Assembly: GCA_016213435.1 (NCBI GenBank)
Contig: JACRAL010000028.1
Coordinates: 2,196-66,195, forward strand
Direction: 5' to 3'
From: Bacteroidota bacterium
GTDB taxonomy: Bacteria > Bacteroidota > Bacteroidia > Palsa-948
DNA: 64,000 nt
The position numbers were made by a program, and so were the translations under genes. Below the pieces are notes generated by a model that was given only the letters and a program-made list of their open reading frames with translations, had not been told where the DNA came from and ran no database searches. The number at the start of each line of letters is the position of its first letter. Positions within the stretch are counted from its first letter, which is position 1. Positions 1 through 10,603 of the stretch are shown here, in pieces.

Positions 1-1
1 G

Positions 2-304
2 CTGGGAATTATTGGCGAGGAAGATACCACCGACATCAACACGATTAAGCCGGTTCTGAAACTTGTTTTAAAAGGCGGGCAGGTGGAAGTGCAATGGACA
101 AAAAACATTGCCGATGGAATTAAAATTGAAGTAGACCGCAGCGATAACCAGGGCTGGCGTTTTCTGGCAGTGGATACCGAACCGCATTACACCGATACGC
201 TTGTTCCGGCTGCTGCCGCCAACTGGAAGTACAGGGCAATGTATCTTCAGCACGATTCGCCCGTTGGCTTGATGAGCGATGTGGTGAGCATCAGCGTTGG
301 ATAA
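2..304 (+). CDS. Hypothetical protein, C-terminal fragment (5' end outside window)
   Basis: Open frame runs from base 2 with no stop until 304; the listed ORF 83..304 is its in-window Met-start part. No recognisable motif. Confidence 0.4.
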   Translation: MGIIGEEDTTDINTIKPVLKLVLKGGQVEVQWTKNIADGIKIEVDRSDNQGWRFLAVDTEPHYTDTLVPAAAANWKYRAMYLQHDSPVGLMSDVVSISVG

Positions 305-554
305 AGTCGTAAAGTTTGTTTTTCCTATCCCCGCAGCAAGCTGTCGGGGTATTACGGAAAAACATCGGCCCGCTACGCTTGCCGACCACAATACGACTGA
401 ACAACAAATACAAACAGCCACCCCGCAGTAAACTGCGAGGTATTTTATGAATAAAAGCCGGACGGATAATCCCTTTCTGAAAATTCAGGAGGGGATTTTT
501 GTTTTTATAATTTCCCGCCATCTTTTTTTTGTAAATTCGTGTAAATAATATTTT

Positions 555-1649
555 ATGATTACCAGAGAGAAAGTCCTTGAAGCCCTTCGCAATGTGGATG
601 ATCCCGATCTACACAAGGACATCGTTACGCTTGGCATGGTGCAGGATATTGTAATTGAGGGAAAAAATGTTTCCTTTAAAGTTGTGCTTACAACGCCAGC
701 CTGTCCCATGAAAGATATGATCCAGCGCGCCTGCATGAATGCAATTATTCATTTTGTGGATAAAGATGCGAAACCGAATGTGATCATGACTTCCAATACC
801 ACTACACACAGAATAGATGATTATGTGCTTCTTCCCAATGTGAAAAATGTAATTGCGGTTGCTTCAGGAAAAGGCGGAGTGGGGAAATCTACCATCGCTG
901 CTAATCTTGCAGCAGGTCTTGCAAAGCTCGGAGCAAAAGTAGGTTTGATTGATGCGGATATTTATGGTCCATCGCAGACAATAATGTTTGATGTTCAGGA
1001 TCAAAAAATAAGGACAGCAGGTAATGACGAGAACAGTAAAATGATTCCTGCAGAAAGTTATGGCGTGAAAATACTTTCTATCGGATTTTTTGCTGCAAAG
1101 GATCAAGCAATTCCTTGGCGTGGACCCATGGCATCGCGTGCACTCATTCAATTATTTTCTGATGCCGATTGGGGTGAACTGGATTATATGGTCGTGGATC
1201 TTCCTCCCGGTACCGGAGATATTCATCTTTCATTTGTACAGCAGATTCCGGTTACGGGTGCGGTGATTGTAAGCACTCCTCAATTGGTGGCACTTGCCGA
1301 TGCACGCAAAGCGGTGGGCATGTTCCGAATGGATAAAATTAATGTTCCGGTGCTTGGCATAGTAGAGAACATGGCGTACTTCACTCCGGCAGAACTTCCA
1401 AACAATAAATATTTCATCTTTGGAAAAGAAGGAGCAAAAGATCTCGCAGCAGAAATCGGAGTGCCGCTTCTCGGACAAATTCCAATTGTACAAAGCATAC
1501 GCGAATCGGGCGATGCAGGAAGACCTGCAGTATTGCAGGAAAATACTCCTCAGGCAATTGCTTTGATGGAAATGGTAAATAAGGTTGTTCAACAGGTTGC
1601 TATTACGAATGCACAGAAACAGAAAAAACAGAAAGTGATAGAGGTATAG
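555..1649 (+). CDS. apbC: Mrp/ApbC-family Fe-S cluster carrier ATPase (N-terminal DUF59 + P-loop NTPase)
   Basis: Deviant Walker A 'GKGGVGKST' is present. The N-terminal MIP18/DUF59-like region and 364-aa length are typical of Mrp/NBP35. Confidence 0.9.
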   Translation: MITREKVLEALRNVDDPDLHKDIVTLGMVQDIVIEGKNVSFKVVLTTPACPMKDMIQRACMNAIIHFVDKDAKPNVIMTSNTTTHRIDDYVLLPNVKNVIAVASGKGGVGKSTIAANLAAGLAKLGAKVGLIDADIYGPSQTIMFDVQDQKIRTAGNDENSKMIPAESYGVKILSIGFFAAKDQAIPWRGPMASRALIQLFSDADWGELDYMVVDLPPGTGDIHLSFVQQIPVTGAVIVSTPQLVALADARKAVGMFRMDKINVPVLGIVENMAYFTPAELPNNKYFIFGKEGAKDLAAEIGVPLLGQIPIVQSIRESGDAGRPAVLQENTPQAIALMEMVNKVVQQVAITNAQKQKKQKVIEV

Positions 1650-1716
1650 GGTATATGTGGAGAAAATTTTCCCTTATACCTTATTTCCTTATACCTTTAT
1701 ACCATTCTTTTAAACA

Positions 1717-1959
1717 ATGACAAACTCAGTAACCATATCTAAAATCGAAGCCGCCCTTGAACAGGTTCGTCCTTTTCTGAAAGCAGATGGAGGAGATGTG
1801 TCTTTTGTGGATATTACGGATGACAACATCGTGAGGATACAATTGCATGGAGCTTGTAGAGGGTGTTCCATCAGCCACATCACCATGAAAGCCGGAATTG
1901 AAGAGGCTATTCGGAATGCTGTTCCTGAAATTAAAACTGTTGAAGCAGTAACTTTATAA
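1717..1959 (+). CDS. NifU-like Fe-S cluster assembly protein (NifU C-terminal domain)
   Basis: 80 aa with a 'CRGC' motif and NifU-C/Nfu-type fold pattern; lies immediately downstream of apbC. Confidence 0.8.
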   Translation: MTNSVTISKIEAALEQVRPFLKADGGDVSFVDITDDNIVRIQLHGACRGCSISHITMKAGIEEAIRNAVPEIKTVEAVTL

Positions 1960-2000
1960 TAATTTATAATTTCAATCTCAAACTTTCAATAATTGTAACT

Positions 2001-2441
2001 ATGAAAAAAAGTTTTATTCTTATTCTTTCAATTATTTTTATGTATTCCTGCAAAAGCGGCAGCGATGCAAATAAGAAAGAAACAGCGGACTCCGTTTCGG
2101 TGAAAAAATCGGATATGCCGATGAATATGGAAGAAAAGGAAATGAAAGAAATGGCTGAAAAGCAGAAGAATGAAAAGCCCAAAGAAAGTCCCTATAAGAA
2201 TTCTAAGATCGATGTAACCACATCTAAAAATAAAGATGGAAGCTGGGGATACAGCATTGCTATTGACGGTCGTACCTATATTGTTCAGCCGAATATACCT
2301 CCTCTTCCCGGAACCAGAGGGTTCAATACAACCGATGAAGCAAAAAAAACAGGAGAATTTGTTGCTTACAAAATCAGAAACAACATCATGCCTCCGAGTT
2401 TGACGGTGGAGGAGTTGGATAGTTTGGGAACATTGAAATAA
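2001..2441 (+). CDS. Hypothetical lipoprotein
   Basis: Signal peptide with lipobox 'MYSC', then a K/E-rich low-complexity region. Confidence 0.55.
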   Translation: MKKSFILILSIIFMYSCKSGSDANKKETADSVSVKKSDMPMNMEEKEMKEMAEKQKNEKPKESPYKNSKIDVTTSKNKDGSWGYSIAIDGRTYIVQPNIPPLPGTRGFNTTDEAKKTGEFVAYKIRNNIMPPSLTVEELDSLGTLK

Positions 2442-2457
2442 GAGCCCCAGCCCTACC

Positions 2458-3255
2458 CTACAGGGAGGGAGATGACATGATTAAATTTGTCAATTCCACA
2501 AAATTATTTACGTTAAGTTGTTCAGCACGTTTGGTAAGGAGTTCAGAATTTAATCCTTGAACTTTAAACATTGAACCCAATGAATTTCTGAGTGTTTTTC
2601 TTCTTTGATTAAATCCTGCTTTCACCACTTTGAAAAATAATTGCTCATCGCAGTCTAATCTCTTGACTTCGTTTCTGTTTAACCTAATAACTGCAGATTT
2701 AACATGGGGCGGTGGATTAAATACTTGAGGATTTACGGTAAACAAATATTCTATTTTATAATATGCCTGCATTAATACACTGAGGATCCCGTACGTTTTA
2801 TTGCCTGGAGGTGAAGCAATGCGTTCTGCAACTTCTTTCTGAAACATCCCGATTACTTCAGGAATTTGATTTCTGTATTCAAGAACTTTAAAAAGGATTT
2901 GAGTGGAAATGTTATAAGGGAAATTTCCGATGATGGCAAATGGCAAATGACAGATGGCAGATGGCAGTAAAGCCAGTGTAAAATCCAGAAAATCTTTTTC
3001 GATAATTCTTCCTTCTAATTCAGGAAAACTCTTTTTCAGAAAGGCAATGGATTCTCGGTCGATCTCTACAACATGCGTTTCAAAATACTCTTTTTTCAAG
3101 AGGTATTTTGTAAGTACGCCTGTACCCGGACCTACTTCAATTACAGTTTTATATTTTTCTTTTTCAGAAAGTGATCTTACAATCTTTTTTGCAATATTCT
3201 CATCTTTGAGAAAATGTTGGCCGAGGTGTTTTTTAGGAGTAACGGAATGTGACAT
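2458..3255 (-). CDS. rsmA: 16S rRNA (adenine1518-N6/adenine1519-N6)-dimethyltransferase
   Basis: 'LGQHFL' and 'EVGPGTGVLT' SAM-binding motifs characteristic of KsgA/RsmA; 265 aa. Confidence 0.9.
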   Translation of the reverse strand: MSHSVTPKKHLGQHFLKDENIAKKIVRSLSEKEKYKTVIEVGPGTGVLTKYLLKKEYFETHVVEIDRESIAFLKKSFPELEGRIIEKDFLDFTLALLPSAICHLPFAIIGNFPYNISTQILFKVLEYRNQIPEVIGMFQKEVAERIASPPGNKTYGILSVLMQAYYKIEYLFTVNPQVFNPPPHVKSAVIRLNRNEVKRLDCDEQLFFKVVKAGFNQRRKTLRNSLGSMFKVQGLNSELLTKRAEQLNVNNFVELTNLIMSSPSL

Positions 3256-3551
3256 CAGATAATTTCAAGTACGGTTCGGAAAGCTGCAAATTTATCTTTG
3301 AACTTTTCTTTGTGCTCTTGTTGAAGTTTAGGCGCAAATTCCTTTTGATATGTGTTTAAGTCATCCATCTTTCTGAATGTATATTGTATAGCATAGGTGG
3401 TTTCCAATTCTTCCGTAATAAGTTTACATATTCTGTTATCTACAAAAAATCCGGTTTGCATTACATCCGGAATATGAACTTCCTTCATCCATTTCATCCA
3501 TTCCGCGTGAATAGATTCTTCAATGGTAACAGTTATAGTATAGATATACAT
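3255..3551 (-). CDS. DUF4286-family protein
   Basis: 98 aa with a conserved Bacteroidota small-protein pattern 'YTITV..EE...EW..WM.EVHIP'; overlaps the rsmA start. Confidence 0.55.
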   Translation of the reverse strand: MYIYTITVTIEESIHAEWMKWMKEVHIPDVMQTGFFVDNRICKLITEELETTYAIQYTFRKMDDLNTYQKEFAPKLQQEHKEKFKDKFAAFRTVLEII

Positions 3552-3697
3552 AGAAGCCCCTCTTTATCTCCCCGAAGGGGAGAAACTAAAAAGCCAAAAT
3601 ACAAAATAAAAAAGCGTTGCCTTGCATTTGGATATTATTTTCATTTTAGATATTGAATTTTCTCCTTCCCTTCGGGAAGGGTGGGATGGGCTTTATT

Positions 3698-4177
3698 TCA
3701 GTATCCCATCAGCAGACAGATTGCATAGGCACAAATACCTTCTTCTCTTCCAACAAAGCCCAGATGTTCCGTGGTAGTGGCTTTGATAGAAATATTTTTA
3801 AGTGGAATATGTAAGGTCTCAGCCAGAATATGTTTCATTTCCGGAATGTAGGGAGCGATTTTGGGAGATTCAAGTGTTACGGTACAATCCACATTGCCAA
3901 TTTCATACCCTTGTTTCTTAAGCATTTCTGCAACTTTCTTTAAGAGTTTTTTACTGTCTATCCCTTTAAATTCCTCCGATGTATTTGGGAAATGTGTGCC
4001 AATGTCACCAAGATTTGCTGCGCCAAGAAATGCATCGCACATAGCGTGAATTAATGTATCAGCATCAGAATGACCTTCGGCCCCTTTTGTATGAGGAATT
4101 TTTATTCCACCAAGCCAAAAATCCTGTCCTTCTTTCAGTGGGTGAACATCATAACCGAACCCAACACGTATCTTCAT
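3698..4177 (-). CDS. ispF: 2-C-methyl-D-erythritol 2,4-cyclodiphosphate synthase
   Basis: 'GYDVHPL', 'GHSDADTLIHA' and 'GDIGTHFP' motifs; 159 aa. Confidence 0.9.
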   Translation of the reverse strand: MKIRVGFGYDVHPLKEGQDFWLGGIKIPHTKGAEGHSDADTLIHAMCDAFLGAANLGDIGTHFPNTSEEFKGIDSKKLLKKVAEMLKKQGYEIGNVDCTVTLESPKIAPYIPEMKHILAETLHIPLKNISIKATTTEHLGFVGREEGICAYAICLLMGY

Positions 4178-4192
4178 ACAGAAAATAAAAAG

Positions 4193-5443
4193 TTATTTTT
4201 TTTCATCTATACTGCTGGATCCACTATCTGTGAATGCGTCAAAGTCAAAAAGGAGAGTGAAACGAAGAGTATTTTGCAAAGGATTTCGCACATGTGTTGG
4301 AACAAGATAGGCAAAGTCCAGCGTAAAAACAGTATACCTCACGCCAAGGCCGAAAGTGAGGTACTTCCTCCCTCCTTTTGTATTTGCTTCGTTGAAATAA
4401 CCTGCACGCAGACAAAATTGTTTGGCGTACCAGTATTCCATTCCTCCTCCAATATTTATTTCGCGCATTTCTTCTGAAAATTTTCCAGGTGCATCAGAAA
4501 ATGAGCCGAGCATCCCGCTAACTACCCCCCGATGTGGGTCTTTTCCTTTATCAATGAGTTGGTTCCCTTGAGAATCTTTTATTGGATGTCCTGCAGAATC
4601 AGTAAGATATTTTGGAAGTGTTGGAACAAGAAGTTTATTAAAGTCCAGAGTAAGGTTTAGTTCATTGTATTCATCCAATTGCATATTGAGAGAGGTGCCC
4701 AATCTTAAATTGATAGGAATAAAATCTCTTTCACCGGTGGTGCTGTAAGAAATTTTTGATCCCATATTTGAAATGTTCATCCCTACGCGAACAATGGATT
4801 TTTTTCCGCTGATTTCTGTTTCACTACTTTGATAAAACCCGGAAATATCTGCTCCTACTGCTTGCCCGGAATGAGTAGGAGAACCTTCAACGGTAATATT
4901 GCTTGTGAGGTTTGAATGGATATAACGGATAGCACCTCCGCCTGAAAAATGATCTCCGAGTTTTTTCGCGTAACCAAGATCAAAAGCAAATTCGTTGGGA
5001 CGGAATTGACCAATCGTATTTCCAATAACATCAGTGAAAGTAATATCTCCAAGAGAAAAGTACCGGAGTGATGCTGCTATGGTTCCTGATTTTTTTAATT
5101 TGTAATAACCGGATAAATAGGCAAGATTGATATCGGGTACCAATGCACGTAACCATGGAGTATAGGACATGGATACACCTGTTTGTTTTTGAACAAATGC
5201 ATATTTAGAAGGATTCCAATGCATGGAATTCGCATCGGGAGAAGTGGCAACACCTGCATCACCCATGGCACCTGCACGCGAATCCGGAGAGATAAGCAGG
5301 AATGGCACCGAAGTGGTAATTGTATTTAGCTCATTATTTACATCTTGTCCGATTATAGTGGACTTGTTTTGTGCAAATGTAAAATCATAAAAGGAAACCT
5401 CTGAAAAAATCAGGATGGCAATTACTATTTTTTTAGCAGTCAT
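4193..5443 (-). CDS. FadL/OmpP1-like outer-membrane beta-barrel protein, possibly PorV/LptO family (T9SS)
   Basis: Signal peptide present. The FadL-type N-terminal hatch motif '..SRAGAMGDAGVATSPDANSMHWNPS' is present. The protein is 416 aa with an aromatic C-terminus typical of outer-membrane beta-barrels. Confidence 0.5.
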   Translation of the reverse strand: MTAKKIVIAILIFSEVSFYDFTFAQNKSTIIGQDVNNELNTITTSVPFLLISPDSRAGAMGDAGVATSPDANSMHWNPSKYAFVQKQTGVSMSYTPWLRALVPDINLAYLSGYYKLKKSGTIAASLRYFSLGDITFTDVIGNTIGQFRPNEFAFDLGYAKKLGDHFSGGGAIRYIHSNLTSNITVEGSPTHSGQAVGADISGFYQSSETEISGKKSIVRVGMNISNMGSKISYSTTGERDFIPINLRLGTSLNMQLDEYNELNLTLDFNKLLVPTLPKYLTDSAGHPIKDSQGNQLIDKGKDPHRGVVSGMLGSFSDAPGKFSEEMREINIGGGMEYWYAKQFCLRAGYFNEANTKGGRKYLTFGLGVRYTVFTLDFAYLVPTHVRNPLQNTLRFTLLFDFDAFTDSGSSSIDEKK

Positions 5444-5641
5444 GTTATATGCTATTTTTAAATTATAGCGAGAAGAACGTCAAAGATATATTATTATTGT
5501 TTCAAGTGGATGTGTTTTTTCTTAGAGTTTCTTGTAACACTTTTTTTCAGTTTTATTGACTAAAAGGTTTGAATTTTAGCGTATTTAGCATGAACCACCA
5601 AATAGAAACATGAGCAATTACTAAAAAGGAGATAAAAAAAA

Positions 5642-7117
5642 TCAAATCAGCCGAATAATAAAATCAGGAAAAATGCCCAATAGAAGAGCAAGCAGGATGG
5701 TGAGGATGAGAACAATTCTCAAGTCCCATCCAACCTCTGCGAAAGAGAGGAGTTCTCCCTTTTCTTCGACAGCTGTGGGTTGCGCCTGTAGGTCAGTTAG
5801 GGAGGGACTATACATTTTAATTATAATCCTGAAATAATAATACACCCCGATGAGTGAGCCAAGCACAGCAATCAGTACGAGCCAAACGTAACCACTTTGC
5901 AGCGCAGAGGTAAAAATGTAATATTTTCCAAAGAATCCGGCAAGCGGAGGAATTCCTGCGAGAGACAGCATGGAGATGGTCATGGCAAAGGATAGAAATT
6001 TATTTTGTTTTGCCAATCCGCTGAGTGTTTCAAAAGTAACAGTTGCTGGCTGTTGGTTGCGGGTAGCTTGATGATTCTCGATAATTGATAAAACGGTGAA
6101 TGCTCCAATCGTTGCAACTGAATAAGCAGCGGCATAGAACAGCACCGAACCCAAAGAATGATCGTTCATTGCAAGGATGGCAAGGAGCATGTATCCTGCA
6201 TGAGAAATACTGGAGTAAGCTAGCATTCGCTTAACACTTGTTTGATAAACGGCAGTGATGTTGCCAAGAAGGATTGTGAGAGCGGCAAGAACCCAGATAG
6301 TGTTCATCCACACGCTACCCATTCCTGAAAAACAAGTGAAGAATAGGCGGAGGAAAGCAGCGAAAGCAGCCGTCTTTACGATAGTTGCCATGAAAGCAGT
6401 TACAGGAGTAGGAGCACCAGTATAAACGTCAGGTGCCCAGAAATGAAATGGTACAGCTGAAATTTTGAAGCATAAACCAATCAGCATCATCAGTATACCT
6501 GCATACAATAATGGTTCTGCACCGGAAACTTTCCAGGTAGGAACCGTTGCTGAAGATGAAATAAAATAGCTGAGAGTTTTCAGGTCAAAAGTTCCGGTTG
6601 CACCATAGATGAGCGCAATTCCGAAGAGCAAAAATCCTGTAGCAAATGCACCCATCAGGAAATATTTCAACGAGGCTTCATTGGAAGAGAGAGAATCTTT
6701 TCTGCTTCCAGCAAGCACATACATCGGGATCGAAAGGATCTCAATGCCAAGGAAAAGCATCACCATGTTGGAATAAGATACCATGATCATTCCTCCGCAA
6801 AGGGCGAAGAGAACCAAAGCGTAATGATCGGTCTTGCTGGACCCGATAGCTATCGGGTCGCTGTCGAGAAAATTCTGCGACATCATAAACCAGAGAAAAG
6901 CAGTTGCGCAAAGCACAATAGTGAACAGAATGGCGAAATTATCGAACGTCATCATGTAATTGTAATAATGAATGTTCGTGTTCCAGTCTTTTACAGAAGA
7001 AGCAATCGCACCAAGCAATCCGATAAGTACGATTGGCAGCAAGAATTTTTTAAAGCGAAACATTTCCGCCAGCATTGCGATCACACCAAGAGCAGTGAGT
7101 ATGTACAGTGTCTTCAT
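5642..7117 (-). CDS. nuoN: NADH-quinone oxidoreductase subunit N
   Basis: 491-aa polytopic antiporter-like subunit; last gene of the nuo cluster. Confidence 0.9.
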   Translation of the reverse strand: MKTLYILTALGVIAMLAEMFRFKKFLLPIVLIGLLGAIASSVKDWNTNIHYYNYMMTFDNFAILFTIVLCATAFLWFMMSQNFLDSDPIAIGSSKTDHYALVLFALCGGMIMVSYSNMVMLFLGIEILSIPMYVLAGSRKDSLSSNEASLKYFLMGAFATGFLLFGIALIYGATGTFDLKTLSYFISSSATVPTWKVSGAEPLLYAGILMMLIGLCFKISAVPFHFWAPDVYTGAPTPVTAFMATIVKTAAFAAFLRLFFTCFSGMGSVWMNTIWVLAALTILLGNITAVYQTSVKRMLAYSSISHAGYMLLAILAMNDHSLGSVLFYAAAYSVATIGAFTVLSIIENHQATRNQQPATVTFETLSGLAKQNKFLSFAMTISMLSLAGIPPLAGFFGKYYIFTSALQSGYVWLVLIAVLGSLIGVYYYFRIIIKMYSPSLTDLQAQPTAVEEKGELLSFAEVGWDLRIVLILTILLALLLGIFPDFIIRLI

Positions 7118-8607
7118 AATATTACAGCCGGATGAATCAGTTCAACAATATGTTTTATTGCCGGTTCCGCAATGTCTAAAATTGGTTTCGGATAAACTCC
7201 CATTACTATTATCAATAACACGATTGGAACGAACACCGCTTTTTCATTAAAGTTTAAATCTGTAAAAGTTGAAGTAAGCGTATTTGTTTCTCCCAGCATA
7301 ATTTTCTGATAACTGCGAAGCATATACACTGCGCCAAGGATCACCGTAAGTCCGGCAAATCCTGCCATGTATGCATTGTATTGGTAAACTCCGTTTATGA
7401 GTAAGAATTCCCCGATGAAACCATTTGTGAGTGGAAGTGCAATGCTTCCAAGAAGAACAATCATGAACATGGTAGCAAAATATGGAATCACGTTTCGTAT
7501 TCCTCCGAATTTTGAAAGTTCTTGTGTTTGGGTGCGATTGAAAAGAATATCCACTACGAAGAATAATCCCACCACGTTAATTCCGTGTGCGAGCATCTGA
7601 ATCATTCCGCCTTGCAGTCCTTGTACTGTTAGAGAAAATATTCCTGCTGAAATTAATCCCACGTGAGCGATGGATGAATAAGCAATCAATCGTTTGAAAT
7701 CTTTTTGCATGATGGCAATGATCGATGCATAAAGAATACTTATGATAGAAAGAATCATTGCGGCATGTCCCCATTGCTGAACTCCGAGTGGAGCCATTGG
7801 CAATAGCCAGCGAATGAGCCCATAAGTTCCCATCTTCAGCATGATTCCAGAAAGAAGCATGGTGCCTTGTGTTGGTGCATTAGTATATGTATCCGGCTGC
7901 CATGTGTGAAATGGAAACACAGGCATCTTGATTGCAAATGCGATGAAAAGCGTCCAGAATATCCAGGTTTGTTCTGGAGAAGAAAGAGAAGATCCTGCAG
8001 AATATAATGCTTGAATATCGAAGGAGTGAGTTCCAGAAGTGTGAAGATAAAGATAGATAAGCCCAACCAGCATCAGCAAACTTCCAAAGAGTGTGTAAAC
8101 AAAAAACTTAAACGTGATGCGCGCGCGGTTTTCCCCGCCCCACAATAAACAAATGAACCAGATCGGAATCAGTGCGAGTTCCCAGAAGATGTAAAATAAA
8201 AATCCATCCATTGCTGTGAACACGCCCACCAACGCCATTTGCATAAAAAGAATGAGCGAATAAAAATACTTTGGATTCTTAATATCTCTGCTGAAGGAAG
8301 AAAGAATGATAAGGGGGACTAAAACAGTTGTAAGAAGCACAAGCAGGATACTGATACCATCCATCGCTACTTTGAAATGGATGCCGAGAGTTTGTATCCA
8401 AGCGAGGTTGACCATCATCTGAGGTTCTGCGTTGATTTTAAATTCAGATAAAGCGTAAATGGAAAGTATAAGCTCAATTAAGGAAAAAGCCAAAGCAAAT
8501 TTCTTCGCTTGTTCTGATTTTAAAAATAAAATCAACAAAGCAGCAACTAAAGGAAATCCTATGAGTATTGCAGTATTCATATTTTTTTTAGTTCGTCTTG
8601 CGAACAA
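7114..8607 (-). CDS. nuoM: NADH-quinone oxidoreductase subunit M
   Basis: 497-aa antiporter-like subunit with a 4-nt overlap with nuoN. Confidence 0.9.
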   Translation of the reverse strand: MFARRTKKNMNTAILIGFPLVAALLILFLKSEQAKKFALAFSLIELILSIYALSEFKINAEPQMMVNLAWIQTLGIHFKVAMDGISILLVLLTTVLVPLIILSSFSRDIKNPKYFYSLILFMQMALVGVFTAMDGFLFYIFWELALIPIWFICLLWGGENRARITFKFFVYTLFGSLLMLVGLIYLYLHTSGTHSFDIQALYSAGSSLSSPEQTWIFWTLFIAFAIKMPVFPFHTWQPDTYTNAPTQGTMLLSGIMLKMGTYGLIRWLLPMAPLGVQQWGHAAMILSIISILYASIIAIMQKDFKRLIAYSSIAHVGLISAGIFSLTVQGLQGGMIQMLAHGINVVGLFFVVDILFNRTQTQELSKFGGIRNVIPYFATMFMIVLLGSIALPLTNGFIGEFLLINGVYQYNAYMAGFAGLTVILGAVYMLRSYQKIMLGETNTLTSTFTDLNFNEKAVFVPIVLLIIVMGVYPKPILDIAEPAIKHIVELIHPAVIL

Positions 8608-8617
8608 CGTAAAGCAA

Positions 8618-10528
8618 TTATATCAGTTTAAAAAACAAAATCAAAATTATACTAACAACCATCGCAAAAATGTAAAACCCAATATGTCCTGTTTGTAATA
8701 ATCGCGCCTGTCCGCTCATCCATGTTACGCTTTCACCTGCAAAGTTTACAACACGGTCAATTGCCTTCAGTTCAATGATCTTGTGTAGTTTTTCAGATAA
8801 CCAGTTCAAAGGTTTAGTGAAAACTGCTTCGTAAATTTCATCGGCATAATATTTATGGTAGATCGTTTTTTGAACTGGGTTTACTGCAACTCCTTCTGCA
8901 ACAGGAAGATTTTCTTTCTTCACATAAAAGAACCATGCTGCACCGATTGAAGTTCCCGCTGCAAGAACGGCAACCACCATTAATATGATTTCTTTGGAGT
9001 GCGACATTTCTTTTGGAAGCATTTTGTAATCGGAAGCAGAAAATACAGGCGATAAAAATTCGTGCAACCAATGTGTGCCACCAAATACTTCAGGAATTCC
9101 GATGCATCCACCAATTGCAGAAAGTAGACCAAGAATAATAAGAGGAATGGTCATCGTGCTTGGGGATTCATGCAGGTGGTGTTCTTGTTTTTCTGTTCCT
9201 CTAAATTTTCCGAAGAAAGTGAGGAAAAGTAAACGGAACATATAAAATGCAGTGATCACAGAACCAAGCACTCCCATCAGCCAGAAGAAATTATTATATG
9301 TATATGCATGTCCTAGTATCTCATCTTTAGAGAAAAATCCTGAGCATGGAGGAATTCCGGATATTGCAATGGTTGCAATGAAGAAAGTTAGATAAGTTTT
9401 AGGTAAATATTTTTTCAGCCCGCCCATCTTGCGAATGTCTTGCTCTCCGCTCATTGCGTGAATTACGCTTCCTGCTCCTAGGAATAATAATGCTTTGAAA
9501 AATGCGTGAGTCGTTACATGAAATACAGCTCCTGTGTAGGCGCCAACACCCAATCCCAAAAACATATATCCGAGCTGACTCACGGTAGAGTAGGCGAGGA
9601 CTTTTTTAATGTCGTTCTGAAATAATCCGATCGTAGCAGCGAAGATGGCGGTGAACAAACCAACACCGGCTACAATATCCATAGAGATTGGAGCGAGTGT
9701 GTAAAGAATATTTGAACGCGCGATCATGTAAATACCTGCTGTTACCATTGTTGCCGCGTGGATAAGTGCGGAAACAGGAGTTGGACCGGCCATTGCATCC
9801 GGCAGCCACGTATATAAAGGAATCTGTGCGCTCTTTCCTGTGGCACCTACGAAAAGTAAAAGTGTGATGGCAATTATTACGGGCTGACTGGCTGGAAATG
9901 AATTTGCAACGTCAAATACTTCTTTGTATCGAACGCTTCCAAAAGTTATGTAAATAAGAATGATGCCAAGTAAGAATCCAAGATCACCAATGCGATTCAT
10001 GATGAATGCTTTGTTCGCAGCTTTGTTGTAATCGTTGTTCTTGAACCAGAAACCGATGAGCAGGTAAGAACAGAGACCAACGCCTTCCCACCCTACAAAC
10101 ATGGTGAGGTAGCTGTCGCCCAGCACAAGCAGCAACATGAAGAAAATAAATAAGTTCAGGTAAGCGAAGAATCGGTCGAACGCTGGATCATCATGCATGT
10201 ATCCGACAGAATACACATGAATTAAAAAACCAATGCCAGTTATGATAAGAAGAAACCAGCATGAAAGCGGATCAATTAAAAAATCAAATGGAGCATTAAA
10301 ATTTCCGGCAGAGATCCAGTCGAAAAGATGAATGGTGATTGCAACTCCTGACTTTTCACCGCCACCAATTAATCCTGAAAATGCATAAACAGAAAGTACA
10401 AGCGAAGCAAATACGGTACCGCAGCCAATAATGCCAACTAATCCTTTTGAAATTTTCTTGCCAAACAAACCTATGACAAGGAATCCCAAAAGAGGGAAAA
10501 CAGGAATTAGTGTAAAAATCGAGTTCAT
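8618..10528 (-). CDS. nuoL: NADH-quinone oxidoreductase subunit L
   Basis: 636-aa antiporter-like subunit with a long C-terminal extension typical of NuoL. Confidence 0.9.
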   Translation of the reverse strand: MNSIFTLIPVFPLLGFLVIGLFGKKISKGLVGIIGCGTVFASLVLSVYAFSGLIGGGEKSGVAITIHLFDWISAGNFNAPFDFLIDPLSCWFLLIITGIGFLIHVYSVGYMHDDPAFDRFFAYLNLFIFFMLLLVLGDSYLTMFVGWEGVGLCSYLLIGFWFKNNDYNKAANKAFIMNRIGDLGFLLGIILIYITFGSVRYKEVFDVANSFPASQPVIIAITLLLFVGATGKSAQIPLYTWLPDAMAGPTPVSALIHAATMVTAGIYMIARSNILYTLAPISMDIVAGVGLFTAIFAATIGLFQNDIKKVLAYSTVSQLGYMFLGLGVGAYTGAVFHVTTHAFFKALLFLGAGSVIHAMSGEQDIRKMGGLKKYLPKTYLTFFIATIAISGIPPCSGFFSKDEILGHAYTYNNFFWLMGVLGSVITAFYMFRLLFLTFFGKFRGTEKQEHHLHESPSTMTIPLIILGLLSAIGGCIGIPEVFGGTHWLHEFLSPVFSASDYKMLPKEMSHSKEIILMVVAVLAAGTSIGAAWFFYVKKENLPVAEGVAVNPVQKTIYHKYYADEIYEAVFTKPLNWLSEKLHKIIELKAIDRVVNFAGESVTWMSGQARLLQTGHIGFYIFAMVVSIILILFFKLI

Positions 10529-10603
10529 ATATTTTTTGTTGTCATTCCGAACGTAGTGAGGAATCTCTTTGTGAGATTGCTTCGCTTCGCTCGCAATGAC
10601 GAA

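Noticed and set aside
2444-2472. GC-rich segment gccccagccctaccctacagggagggag at the rsmA 3' end as another in-frame element
   Set aside because: It shares the CCCCAGCCCT head with the 58741 element but is only weakly palindromic. It merely overlaps the last 5 codons and stop of rsmA, so the evidence for it being an insertion is ambiguous.
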